From Myxococcaceae bacterium (GTDB taxonomy: Bacteria > Myxococcota > UBA727 > JABDBI01): DNA of 46,478 bases. The notes under the pieces are model-generated. The model saw nothing but the letters and a program-made list of their open reading frames with translations. It made no database searches and was not told the DNA's origin. The number at the start of each line of letters is the position of its first letter. Within the stretch, counting starts at the first letter, position 1. Location of the stretch: NCBI GenBank assembly GCA_037134495.1, contig JBAXMC010000002.1, positions 1-46,478 of the forward strand, given 5' to 3'. Shown here in pieces: positions 8,885-17,922 of this stretch. The position numbers and the translations under genes are program-made.

Positions 8885-10000
8885 ATGCAGTATGTTTTAG
8901 GGGCTCTGCTTTTCTGCTTGGCCGCTCAAGCGAGCCTAGACACCTTCTGTCGTTCTTTGTACAAAAACCCAAAAGATCTTCCGTCTGTGTCCATTCCAAG
9001 TGCATTTGCAGGTAATTTGCAAAAAAAATCTCAATTCAGCGCTGAACTTCATCATGGTAATGCAGTTGAAGCGATAAGAAATTGGGCGGATTCCATTAAC
9101 TTACGCATTGGAAAAATACATGTTGAGAAAATGAAACCAGGGAAATCACTTAATACGTTAGGTGTTTTTAAAGTTTCTGGAGAATTGTCGAATGCTCGCT
9201 ATCTAGTGAAGCTAGTCAATAATGAACGAGAACCAAACGAGTTACTCAAACAGAAAAGTCTTTTATTGTTTCATCCAGAATGCGTCTCTAATCTTATGGC
9301 CGCAAGTATGCCGCATTTTGTGGTGCCCATTTTAGTGGAAAAAATTTTGAGTAAGGAACAAGATATTTATGTGATGTTGTTTCCTTTTGTTAATATCTCT
9401 GATTTTGAATCTATTTTTCGGCAGGCTATGTCTGGAAAGCTTGATAAGAATATTTCAAAAAAAGCATTCTTCGATGCTGGAAAATCCTTGTCTGCGTTTG
9501 GATTTTCGTTTTCTGATGAGGGCAATATGTATGTCCATAAAGATTTTCATCATAAAAATTTGATTTATGACGCTTCGACTGGAGTATCTTACTTCGTAGA
9601 TAATTCAGACATTAGTTTCCAGTCGAAATCTTTAATGGATTTTCAAAGTTTCTTTGATTGGGATATTAATGAGAGAAATGCTTTAGTGTCCATGATTGAT
9701 TGGGGTAATGTCTTGAGTTGGGTGAGACATCCCTCTGTAGAGGATTTTAGAGAATTATCTGAGTACAAGAGAATAAAACTTCTGAGTGATTTTTTCATGG
9801 AATTTTCCAGAGGGTATTTGTTGAATACTCCTGAAAATCTAAAAAATTGGGTCAAAGAGTCTCTTGCAAAACTTTGTCTATCTTATCAAAACCGTGTTGA
9901 AAAACATGCCACGGCAGATGGTAAAGTCACCCTTGATGATATTTTTCAGATAAAAATATCTGACAATTGGAAGCGCTGCATAAAGCGTGATTTTAATTAA
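8885..10000 (+). CDS. Secreted protein with protein-kinase/aminoglycoside-phosphotransferase-like fold
   Basis: Signal peptide MQYVLGALLFCLAAQA|S. Lys-strand YLVKLV. Catalytic-loop-like HKDFHHKNL (nt 9536..9559, H-x-D-x4-N) followed by YFVDNSD (DFG-equivalent). Confidence 0.5.
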   Translation: MQYVLGALLFCLAAQASLDTFCRSLYKNPKDLPSVSIPSAFAGNLQKKSQFSAELHHGNAVEAIRNWADSINLRIGKIHVEKMKPGKSLNTLGVFKVSGELSNARYLVKLVNNEREPNELLKQKSLLLFHPECVSNLMAASMPHFVVPILVEKILSKEQDIYVMLFPFVNISDFESIFRQAMSGKLDKNISKKAFFDAGKSLSAFGFSFSDEGNMYVHKDFHHKNLIYDASTGVSYFVDNSDISFQSKSLMDFQSFFDWDINERNALVSMIDWGNVLSWVRHPSVEDFRELSEYKRIKLLSDFFMEFSRGYLLNTPENLKNWVKESLAKLCLSYQNRVEKHATADGKVTLDDIFQIKISDNWKRCIKRDFN

Positions 10001-11126
10001 TTTTTAAATTTTCTAATGGGATCTGAACGATTTTGGGTCGATAGATATTCAGATTAGAGCGTTGTTTGTCCGGGTTAAAAGAATTGCAAGCATAAGTGAT
10101 AGTAAGATTTTTATCATCACTGAATTGTGTCTGTTCTTTCCCTGCATAACAGAAGGTTTCCGAGTCATATCCAGGAGTTTCAGGAAGCATTTCAGGAGTT
10201 GTATAAGCTGTTTCCCAAGAAGACCAGGGTCCGTGGATTTCTGAGGCAGAGCTGATTACAATTTTTTCAGATGGAAATTTCGTGTGATGCATCACTGCAA
10301 TCCATTTTTTTAAGCTGTCATGATAACGTATACTCATTTCTGTCATGCCATTGTTGAATAGTGTCTTTGCATCTGTTCTGCTGATGCCTGGTTTCCAAGT
10401 GAAATCAGTGGCCAGATATTCCAAGTTTTCTTTGGGATGAGTTAAGCGATCAAGTGGAATTCTTGTTAGGATAACAGGGCGATTTTTATTTGTATTCTTG
10501 GGTTGGTCAATTAAAGTGACAAAAATAACATGCTTATCTTGCTTTATAATAGAAATCCCAACTAGAAAATCTTGTTCTGAATTCAAGTCTAAGAAATCAA
10601 TCTTCCAATTATCTGTACTCTCTTCAAAATTAGAAACTTTCGCAAGCTTAACTCCTCTAAATTCAAAATCTAAGGGACCTTTGCCGGTATTTTCAACTTC
10701 TACGAGAACCCAATAGAGCTGCTTATTATGTGTGAACCCATCCATGGGCCAGTATCTCGAATTTGGATTTTGAGAGTTGAAAATCGCTTTTGGGAGAGTG
10801 CTCTTTTTTCCTCCCCAATCAAAGTAAATAGAAGAGTGGCCACTTGATGAGTTACATTGAGAAATGGCTGTAGAATTAGCGATAAAAATAGCATTTTTCC
10901 GAGAATCCATATCTGCTGTTCCAATAAAAGTATCTCCAAAAAACCATAGGCTTGTTTTTGGATCAAGAAGTACAGAGTAGGCGACATCTCCACCAAGCCA
11001 TCCTTTTGAATCATTAAAGTTAGGAAGGCAGGACAAACTTTGTTCGAAGTTTGGACTTGAGTCTTGAGTCGTTTTTTTTGAGCATGCTGCGCAAAATATC
11101 GTCAGAATTATTAAACAATGCCACAT
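9993..11126 (-). CDS. Lipoprotein, possibly DUF4185-like beta-propeller (glycoside-hydrolase-like)
   Basis: Lipobox LTIFCAA|C. GWLGGDVAYSV...SLWFFGDTFIG resembles the DUF4185 N-terminal signature as I remember it. 8-nt convergent overlap with the upstream gene. Confidence 0.4.
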   Translation of the reverse strand: MWHCLIILTIFCAACSKKTTQDSSPNFEQSLSCLPNFNDSKGWLGGDVAYSVLLDPKTSLWFFGDTFIGTADMDSRKNAIFIANSTAISQCNSSSGHSSIYFDWGGKKSTLPKAIFNSQNPNSRYWPMDGFTHNKQLYWVLVEVENTGKGPLDFEFRGVKLAKVSNFEESTDNWKIDFLDLNSEQDFLVGISIIKQDKHVIFVTLIDQPKNTNKNRPVILTRIPLDRLTHPKENLEYLATDFTWKPGISRTDAKTLFNNGMTEMSIRYHDSLKKWIAVMHHTKFPSEKIVISSASEIHGPWSSWETAYTTPEMLPETPGYDSETFCYAGKEQTQFSDDKNLTITYACNSFNPDKQRSNLNIYRPKIVQIPLENLKIN

Positions 11127-11164
11127 GTCATGGTTGAAAACATATCAACCTAACAAGGTATTCC

Positions 11165-13060
11165 TTAATTCAAAGGTCTTGCGTTATGGAGAGATGGGTT
11201 CACAATATGATTGTCGTTGTACCGACATAGATCTTGAACTGTTTGCTCGATCACTTCTAGGTGAGTACTGCCAAATGGATTCCATGAGAAAGGAGTGTTG
11301 GCATGGATTCTTCTCAAAAGCTCGGCAGCTTCAATTTCATTTGAAGCAGAGTCGATATTTTCTTCGAAACCTAGACACTCACTATCTGTGCCGCAAATTT
11401 CAAAGACGAACTTTAGAGCCTTTTTTGAGTTTCCAAAACTGATCGCACGGAGTAGTTCGTTAGCCAAGAAAGCATTGTATTTTTCAATCTGAGTTTCTGA
11501 AATCCTAATATCTCTCTCGGTTTTTTTAACCTGTCTTGTTGACCAATGAATAGACAATTCTTTTACGGCTTGATGAGGAGTTTTTTCTCTGATCATCTTG
11601 AGAAATCTATTGGCTTCATCCCGATCTGAGGCGTATTTCAAAGTTTCCTCTAATTGAGGGCATTTATGATATTCAGAGCATATCTGAGTTACAAACTTCA
11701 AGGCTTCTTTTGTGTTCCCATGTTTGATCGCATTGAGCATGTTATCAACATTAGGAGAATGATATGATGGGACTTGAGTTTCTAAAGGTTCCTGTCTGTC
11801 GGTTTCTTCTGTCTTTGCTGCTCTGTATTCACTTGCTAGCTGCTCAATTTCTTTTTTAATAAGGATGGCTTTGGGAACAGAGTTAAAGAATTCTTTTACC
11901 TGATTCCATGTGTTTTGTTGAAGTCTGTTTAAAAGTTCATTCGCTATTTTTTTGTATTCTTTACCTCGAAGATTGATAGCATCTTTAAATGCTTCGCAAT
12001 GAGTGTCGTTTCCACAAATTCGAGCGAAGAAATGCAAAGCTTTTTTGGCATTTCCATGTTCAATTGAGGCCAGCATTTTGTTGACAGTTGTTACTTGAGC
12101 TTCACGAATTTTTTCGATGGCATATGTCAGTTTTTCGCTGGAACTTTCAGCGTTTTCTTTCGAAACAAAGCCTAGTATGAGTGTTGGTTGTGGTTCAACA
12201 GATTTTAAAATGTCGATGGGATCTCGTTGCTCACGTTGAGCTGCTTTTAAAAAATTATCGAGACAGTCTCTCGTGTTTTCATAGGATGAGACGCGTTCAC
12301 ATAGTTTTTCAGCCAATCCTTCTGCTACCATTGGTTGGTGCTCAACTTCTAACCCAGGGATTGCGTTACTTGCTTCAAGAAGATCTTTCCCTGAGTTTAT
12401 CTCATTGAGTAGAGCAGTATTGAATGTTTTTAAATCTGGATCTTTGGGATCGGGGAGAATTCTCAAAATAGCTTCTACTTCAAGATTTTTCCAAGCTGTT
12501 TTTTGTTTGGCTTCCTTAATATGCACAAGAAAGTCGCTCCAAATTGGTTTCTTGCCCTGCATTATTTCTTCAAGCTTTTGATCTCTGATCTTTTCGAGCT
12601 TTTGTCCCTCTGTGCTGCTTAGATATTTAGCAACAACACAATCTTTTTTTACAGTTTCGAAGGCCAACTTGGGAGCCATGCCAGCTTCCAATTCAGAGGC
12701 CATTTTTTGAGTAGCTGTCAGATAAAGACTGTTTTTGGGCCAACTTAATAATGCTTTGGTGATTTTTTCTAAATCTTGAATAGATTTGATGGCACTTTCC
12801 AAAGAAATCCAAGAACATTTCTTAAACGCAGCATCAAAAGATTCAGAGTCTCCATGGTTTGGTAACTTAAGAGGAGCGGGAGTCTTTATTTCGGGCTCTA
12901 CATCAGGCGTTAGCTCTGGTTCAGTTTGAGGCGTAACAGGTTCTGATGTAACTGGAGGCCTAACTGTTTCTTTTTTCTTGTTAAGAGGCATAAGAGGCTT
13001 GTCTGAACAGCTCATCATGCACGAAAAAATCAAACTAGTTGCGATAAATTTTTTAATCAT
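11165..13060 (-). CDS. Lipoprotein with Pro/Glu-rich linker and three ~65-aa helical Cys-pair repeats spaced ~90-110 aa apart
   Basis: Lipobox SCMMS|C. The repeats share the pattern (I/L)xxGNxKxAL(K/H)F(V/F)xxICxxxxxC...(E)xxxLLxR(I/L). They lie at about nt 11885-12085, 11555-11749 and 11270-11478. Confidence 0.75.
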   Translation of the reverse strand: MIKKFIATSLIFSCMMSCSDKPLMPLNKKKETVRPPVTSEPVTPQTEPELTPDVEPEIKTPAPLKLPNHGDSESFDAAFKKCSWISLESAIKSIQDLEKITKALLSWPKNSLYLTATQKMASELEAGMAPKLAFETVKKDCVVAKYLSSTEGQKLEKIRDQKLEEIMQGKKPIWSDFLVHIKEAKQKTAWKNLEVEAILRILPDPKDPDLKTFNTALLNEINSGKDLLEASNAIPGLEVEHQPMVAEGLAEKLCERVSSYENTRDCLDNFLKAAQREQRDPIDILKSVEPQPTLILGFVSKENAESSSEKLTYAIEKIREAQVTTVNKMLASIEHGNAKKALHFFARICGNDTHCEAFKDAINLRGKEYKKIANELLNRLQQNTWNQVKEFFNSVPKAILIKKEIEQLASEYRAAKTEETDRQEPLETQVPSYHSPNVDNMLNAIKHGNTKEALKFVTQICSEYHKCPQLEETLKYASDRDEANRFLKMIREKTPHQAVKELSIHWSTRQVKKTERDIRISETQIEKYNAFLANELLRAISFGNSKKALKFVFEICGTDSECLGFEENIDSASNEIEAAELLRRIHANTPFSWNPFGSTHLEVIEQTVQDLCRYNDNHIVNPSLHNARPLN

Positions 13061-13099
13061 TTTATTATTGTATCAATTATTTATTTAAATTGCTGAGAA

Positions 13100-13633
13100 T
13101 TAGTTACCTGTTATTTTAAATGGAGTACTCCAACTGGTTAATACGGTTCCTTCTGCGTTCAAAAGAGTGGCTTTGATGACTAAAACAACGTTCTTAGGTA
13201 GATTTTCTGTGGCCTTAAGTTGAGCAATGATTCTGGAGCCAGTTTTAGAAAGATGTACAGAAGAAGGCAATGGGGTTCCACTGGGACCCATGAGCTCTAA
13301 TTGAAGCTTTTCGCCTTCTTCTAAGTCTTGTTCCCAGTGGATGCTTTTAAAGCCTTGGTATAACAGCCAAGGTGTCTTTTGAACAATTTCAGCCTTCTGA
13401 GGCAGTGGCCCACAGAGATCCATCAATTTTCCAAGCTGATATTTGTCTGGGGCTTTAAAAGAAAAGGCATCTTTGCAGGGCCCTGGCTTGCTTCGAAGCA
13501 GTGCAGGCAAAGTTTCATAACGTGCATACACCACGGGGTGTTCTAGGGGAATTAGTGAGGCTAAACGATAGCCCAAGTCTGTCTTCTTGCAAGCCGATAG
13601 CAAAACCAGTACGAATACAAAGCCTAATTTCAT
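13100..13633 (-). CDS. Hypothetical lipoprotein, last gene of the dap operon
   Basis: Lipobox VLLSA|C. ATGA overlap with the dapD stop. Confidence 0.7.
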   Translation of the reverse strand: MKLGFVFVLVLLSACKKTDLGYRLASLIPLEHPVVYARYETLPALLRSKPGPCKDAFSFKAPDKYQLGKLMDLCGPLPQKAEIVQKTPWLLYQGFKSIHWEQDLEEGEKLQLELMGPSGTPLPSSVHLSKTGSRIIAQLKATENLPKNVVLVIKATLLNAEGTVLTSWSTPFKITGN

Positions 13634-14376
13634 GAGATATCCTCGCGAAGCGCACTTTCTAAAGCTGCCTTGCCATCTGTTTTACTATCTCGATATTTGA
13701 CAATTATGGGTGTTGACACAGATAGACCATGAGCTGCCGCAAAGTCACCTTTAGATTTCCGAGCTCCTGGCACCACGACAGCATTTTCTGGGACACGACC
13801 CGTCCATATTTTCTCGTGTACCAAATCATAAATCGGCATGCTTGAAGTCAAAATAACTCCAGCTGCTATGACAGCCCGTGAGCCAATTTGAATGCCTTCA
13901 TAAAGACCTGTGTTGCCTCCAATGAACGCGTCGTCTTCAACAATGACTGGGTTTGCACCAATAGGCTCGAGAACACCGCCGATTTGAGCCGCAGCCGATA
14001 GATGAACTCGTTTGCCGATTTGTGCACAGCTGCCTACTAAAGCATGAGAGTCTACAAGCGTATGTTCGTCTACGTAAGCGCCAATATTGATATAAGCAGG
14101 CGGCATGATTACGACGCCTTTGGCGACATAACAGCCTATACGTACCGAACTTCCACCGGGAACCAGTCTGACTTGTTGTTCTAAACCAAAGTGCCGAGTA
14201 CCAAACTTGTCGACAAAATCGCCTCTGATAGAAATCGCTGTTTCTCTGAAAGCTTGCAAAATAGCCTGTTTGACTTCTTGATCAGCTACCCAGATGTTAT
14301 CGGCATTACGATAAGCAGCTCTTCTTTTCCCAGATTCAAGCTGTTCTAAAATCAGTTTCCAATCAATTGTCGGCAT
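13630..14376 (-). CDS. dapD: 2,3,4,5-tetrahydropyridine-2,6-dicarboxylate N-succinyltransferase
   Basis: Left-handed beta-helix hexapeptide repeats ([36 protein letters not shown]...). The realistic start is ATG at 14374..14376 (MPTIDWK...). The ORF-track extension to 14529 lies inside dapE. Confidence 0.85.
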   Translation of the reverse strand: MPTIDWKLILEQLESGKRRAAYRNADNIWVADQEVKQAILQAFRETAISIRGDFVDKFGTRHFGLEQQVRLVPGGSSVRIGCYVAKGVVIMPPAYINIGAYVDEHTLVDSHALVGSCAQIGKRVHLSAAAQIGGVLEPIGANPVIVEDDAFIGGNTGLYEGIQIGSRAVIAAGVILTSSMPIYDLVHEKIWTGRVPENAVVVPGARKSKGDFAAAHGLSVSTPIIVKYRDSKTDGKAALESALREDIS

Positions 14377-15335
14377 AGTTTCTCGTAAATTACCACAGAC
14401 TGTTCTAGCTCCGCGACAGAAATCTGTTCCTGGGCTGTATGAGCATGTAAAATAGAACCGGGGCCTAGTAAAACAGGGGTTCCTATAGACTTCAAATGAG
14501 GTACATCCGAACCAAAGCGAACCACACAAGTTTCGAAACCTGAAATAGCTTCAAACAAGAGAGGCGAAGAAGCCGTTAAGACTTTAAGTTTTGTGCTGGG
14601 GCTTAATAGAGCTGCGATTTGTTTTTCAAGCTCGAGATGCTCAATCGTTGTTCGCATGACACAGAGAGCTTTAGCATGGTCAGCAATCACGTTGGCTGCA
14701 CGGCCGCCTTCTAACTTGCCAATATTCAGCGTGGTTTCTCCAAACTGAGTATTTTTGGGCCAATCATGTGTGAGCAATATATGAATATCGTGACTCAGTT
14801 GATGAATCGCAGAGTGACCTGTCTCAGGATAGGCGCTGTGACCCGTTGTGCCTGAGGTTTCTAACTCAAAAGCCAGAGCGCCTTTCATGGCAGAAGCGAC
14901 TTTCAAATCTGTGGGTTCACCGTTAATAAAATAAGAGACTTTGGGAGCAAAACCTAAAGCTGCTGCTTTAGCGCCATCGCTGTTTGTTTCTTCTCCAACC
15001 AGAAAAAGTAAACCAACTTCAGGTAAATCTTTAGCGGCACAAATCATAGCAGCCATGATGCCTTTGGCATCACAAACACCACGGCCTTTTAAAATTCCAG
15101 ACTCTAATACCGGAGGGATATGAGGAGGCACCGTATCTAAGTGCGTGGTTAATAAAATTTGAGGGGTGATACCTGGTCTGACAGCCAATAAGTTGTGTCT
15201 GTTGCTGACCTCCTGCAGCTTAATTTCATAACCTTGCTGTTTTAAATAATCAGAAACATAATTGGTCAGTGCTTGTTCTTCGCCAGTGGTAGAAGGGATT
15301 TCGCAAAGAGCCAGTGTTAAGTTTGTAACGTTCAT
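14352..15335 (-). CDS. dapE: M20-family deacylase, most likely succinyl-diaminopimelate desuccinylase
   Basis: [15 protein letters not shown] and GEETNSDGA metal-binding motifs. Sits between rng and dapD in a dap operon. Confidence 0.65.
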   Translation of the reverse strand: MNVTNLTLALCEIPSTTGEEQALTNYVSDYLKQQGYEIKLQEVSNRHNLLAVRPGITPQILLTTHLDTVPPHIPPVLESGILKGRGVCDAKGIMAAMICAAKDLPEVGLLFLVGEETNSDGAKAAALGFAPKVSYFINGEPTDLKVASAMKGALAFELETSGTTGHSAYPETGHSAIHQLSHDIHILLTHDWPKNTQFGETTLNIGKLEGGRAANVIADHAKALCVMRTTIEHLELEKQIAALLSPSTKLKVLTASSPLLFEAISGFETCVVRFGSDVPHLKSIGTPVLLGPGSILHAHTAQEQISVAELEQSVVIYEKLCRQLIGN

Positions 15336-16819
15336 TTTAGTTGTGAGGCAAATACGTCAAATTGCTCCTGATGAAAAGAGCCTCTGGGTTTGAGGTTAAT
15401 TTGTTTTTTAATACGTGCTTCTAAAAATTTAAGCGTGCTTTCTTCATGGTTTCGAGCAAAATCAATCACTTCAGGATGTGCATGAACGACAACTTGAGAC
15501 TCCGTCAAATTCCAAGGTCTTTCGATTAACTCGCGAAAAATTTCGTAACAAACCGTTCTTTTAGACTTAATGCTGCCTTTGCCATCGCAGTAAAAGCAGG
15601 CCTCTCCTAAGAGATGCTCTAAACTTTCACGCTTTCTTTGCCGGGTCATTTCCACTAAACCCAGCTCACTGATTTTGATTACATTGCAGCGTGCTTTGTC
15701 TTTTTTGAGCGTGTCTTGAAGCAAAGTTAAGACTTTATCTCGGTCTTCTTCTCGCTCCATATCGATAAAATCAATAATAACCATGCCACCAATGTTACGA
15801 AGTCTGAGCTGAAAAGCGACTTCTCGAACGGCTTCTAAATTGGTTTTTAAAATCGTTTCGTCTAGATTACGCCTGCCTACAAATCGGCCCGTGTTGACAT
15901 CTATGACAGTCAGCGCTTCGGCTTGGTCGATGACCAAATAACCACCTGAACGCAACCAGACTTTTCTACTCATGGCCCGAGTGATTTCTGTCTCTATGCC
16001 ATAGTGCGAAAACAAAGGATCGCTACCAGAAAAAACTTCAATTTTATCACACAGTTTCGGATCAATAAGTTTGACAAATTGAGTGGTTCGAGCTGCTGCT
16101 TCAGAACTATCAATGATAATTTTTTCTAAATGGTCATTGGTCATGTCTCTGGCGCATTTAAGCAGCAAATCTAATACAGGTTGTACCAAAGAGGGAGCGG
16201 GCAGTTGCACGCTTCTTTTTTGGATATCAGCCCAGAGAGAGATTAAAAAGGCACAGTCTTCATGGAGTTTTTCTTCAGAAACTCCCTGAGAAATCGTTCG
16301 GGCGATAAATCCCGATCCAGGTGGAGAATTTTTTTCTAAAATATTTCTGAGCCGTTCACGTTCTGTGTCGTCTGTGATCTTTCGACTGATTCCAACGTGC
16401 GGAGAAGTGGGTAAATAAACAACATGGTGACCTGGTAACGAAGGGTTGCAGTTAACTCTTGGGCCTTTGGTTCCAATGGCATCTTTGGCTACTTGAACGA
16501 GCAGCGTTTGACCCGCTTTTAAGAGATCTTGAATGGGAACCGTTGGCGCTCCGGGTTTGTCTTCGTTTTCATCCAAATCTTCGTACGGTTCATGTGGCAA
16601 AATATCAGCCACATACAGAAAAGCAGACTTTTCGAGACCCAGATCTAGAAAAGCCGCTTGCATGCCAGGTAAAACACGCTGTACTCGGCTCAAGTAGATA
16701 TTTCCAACAAGACCTTTGTCGGCATTTCTTTCAAACATGAGTTCTACCAGTTGCCCATTTTCAAGCAGGGCAACTCGGGTTTCAAAAGGCGTTGTATTAA
16801 CCAGCAGTTGGTTGCTCAA
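15332..16819 (-). CDS. rng: Ribonuclease G (Rne/Rng family)
   Basis: The N-terminus (M)SNQLLVNTTPFETRVALLENG aligns with E. coli RNase G. S1 domain GNIYLSRVQRVLPGMQAAFLDLG. TTG start in a TTGA overlap with the ldh stop. Confidence 0.85.
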   Translation of the reverse strand: MSNQLLVNTTPFETRVALLENGQLVELMFERNADKGLVGNIYLSRVQRVLPGMQAAFLDLGLEKSAFLYVADILPHEPYEDLDENEDKPGAPTVPIQDLLKAGQTLLVQVAKDAIGTKGPRVNCNPSLPGHHVVYLPTSPHVGISRKITDDTERERLRNILEKNSPPGSGFIARTISQGVSEEKLHEDCAFLISLWADIQKRSVQLPAPSLVQPVLDLLLKCARDMTNDHLEKIIIDSSEAAARTTQFVKLIDPKLCDKIEVFSGSDPLFSHYGIETEITRAMSRKVWLRSGGYLVIDQAEALTVIDVNTGRFVGRRNLDETILKTNLEAVREVAFQLRLRNIGGMVIIDFIDMEREEDRDKVLTLLQDTLKKDKARCNVIKISELGLVEMTRQRKRESLEHLLGEACFYCDGKGSIKSKRTVCYEIFRELIERPWNLTESQVVVHAHPEVIDFARNHEESTLKFLEARIKKQINLKPRGSFHQEQFDVFASQLK

Positions 16820-17922
16820 CCAAGACCTCTTCCGCGTTTGGCCAAAGGACTTCCCACATACGTATGCTTGATTTTTCCAACGCTATAAATGCGTCGCTCA
16901 GCAAGCGTTTTGGATGCCATTAGGGTTGTGATTTTTTCTTCTTTAGCGATATTTAAAACTTGAGTCACAATGTCGTAAATGCCACTGGCTTGACGCATTG
17001 CTTGTCTTCTTTCGTATCTGATAAGCTCATTGGCAACGTTGATAAGACCTCCCGCACTAATCACAAAGTCTGGGATGTACAAAATATTTCGTCGTTCTAA
17101 CTCTGCACTGTGTTTATCTTCATCACCCAGGACATTATTGGCGCTGCCGGCTATGAGTTGGCATTTGAGTCGAGGAATCGTGTCGTCATTGACGATTCCG
17201 CCTAAAGCACAAGGGATAAAAATAGTGCAGGGGACATCGTAGATTTTATCGGGCGCTACAAACTCGATGCTTGGAAATTCTGTAGTGGTACGTTTGATGT
17301 TTTCAGCATTGACATCACTGGCAATAACTTTCGCACCAGCTGGGATTAAATGCTGCAGCAAGTGATAGCCAACTTGACCGACGCCTTGTAGAGCGACGGT
17401 CATATTTGCGAGAGAATCAGAGCCTGTTTTAAATAAAAGCGCTGCTTTAATGCCTTGAAAGACTCCATAAGCCGTAACCGTGCTGGGATCTCCAGAACCT
17501 CCAAAAGCTCTGTTAATACCGGTGACATATTCTGTCTCCATCCAAACCCAAGCCATATCTTGTACGGTTGTGCCGACGTCTTCTGCTGTGATATATCGAC
17601 CCCCTAGAGTTTGAACGAATCGACCAAAAACCCGAAGAAGTTTTTCGGTTTTCATGGTTTTAGGATCGCCAATGATCACGGCTTTTCCGCCACCTAAGTT
17701 AAGTCCTGCAGCTGCAGACTTGTAGGTCATGCCTCTGGAGAGTCTTAAGGCGTCTTTGAGGGCGTCTTGCTCGCTTGCATAGGGCCACATGCGACAACCG
17801 CCTAGAGCGGGGCCTAGAGTGGTGTTATGAATGGCGATAATGGCTTTAAGGCCGCTTTCTTTGTCATTGCAAAAAACAACTTGTTCGTGATCTTGTTTGC
17901 TTAGTTCATCGAAAATACTCAT
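16816..17922 (-). CDS. ldh: Leucine dehydrogenase (Glu/Leu/Phe/Val dehydrogenase family)
   Basis: EQVVFCNDKESGLKAIIAIHNTTLGPALGGCRMWPY and GLNLGGGKAVI closely match Bacillus LeuDH as I recall it. Rossmann motif GVGQVG. Confidence 0.8.
   Translation of the reverse strand: MSIFDELSKQDHEQVVFCNDKESGLKAIIAIHNTTLGPALGGCRMWPYASEQDALKDALRLSRGMTYKSAAAGLNLGGGKAVIIGDPKTMKTEKLLRVFGRFVQTLGGRYITAEDVGTTVQDMAWVWMETEYVTGINRAFGGSGDPSTVTAYGVFQGIKAALLFKTGSDSLANMTVALQGVGQVGYHLLQHLIPAGAKVIASDVNAENIKRTTTEFPSIEFVAPDKIYDVPCTIFIPCALGGIVNDDTIPRLKCQLIAGSANNVLGDEDKHSAELERRNILYIPDFVISAGGLINVANELIRYERRQAMRQASGIYDIVTQVLNIAKEEKITTLMASKTLAERRIYSVGKIKHTYVGSPLAKRGRGLG

Noticed and set aside
187-12408. Numerous 60-105-aa ORFs nested antisense or out of frame within larger genes. 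Examples: 187..417, 685..894, 3383..3613, 6858..7163, 10700..11014, 11125..11442, 12181..12408; the same applies to similar ones later in the window.
   Set aside because: Each is fully contained in a longer ORF with clear family motifs. They lack RBSs and have skewed, low-complexity composition.
14377-14529. The ORF track extends dapD 51 codons upstream ([15 protein letters not shown]...).
   Set aside because: The extension lies entirely inside the dapE coding region and is Cys/Phe/Arg-rich nonsense. The ATG at 14374..14376 gives the conserved DapD N-terminus.
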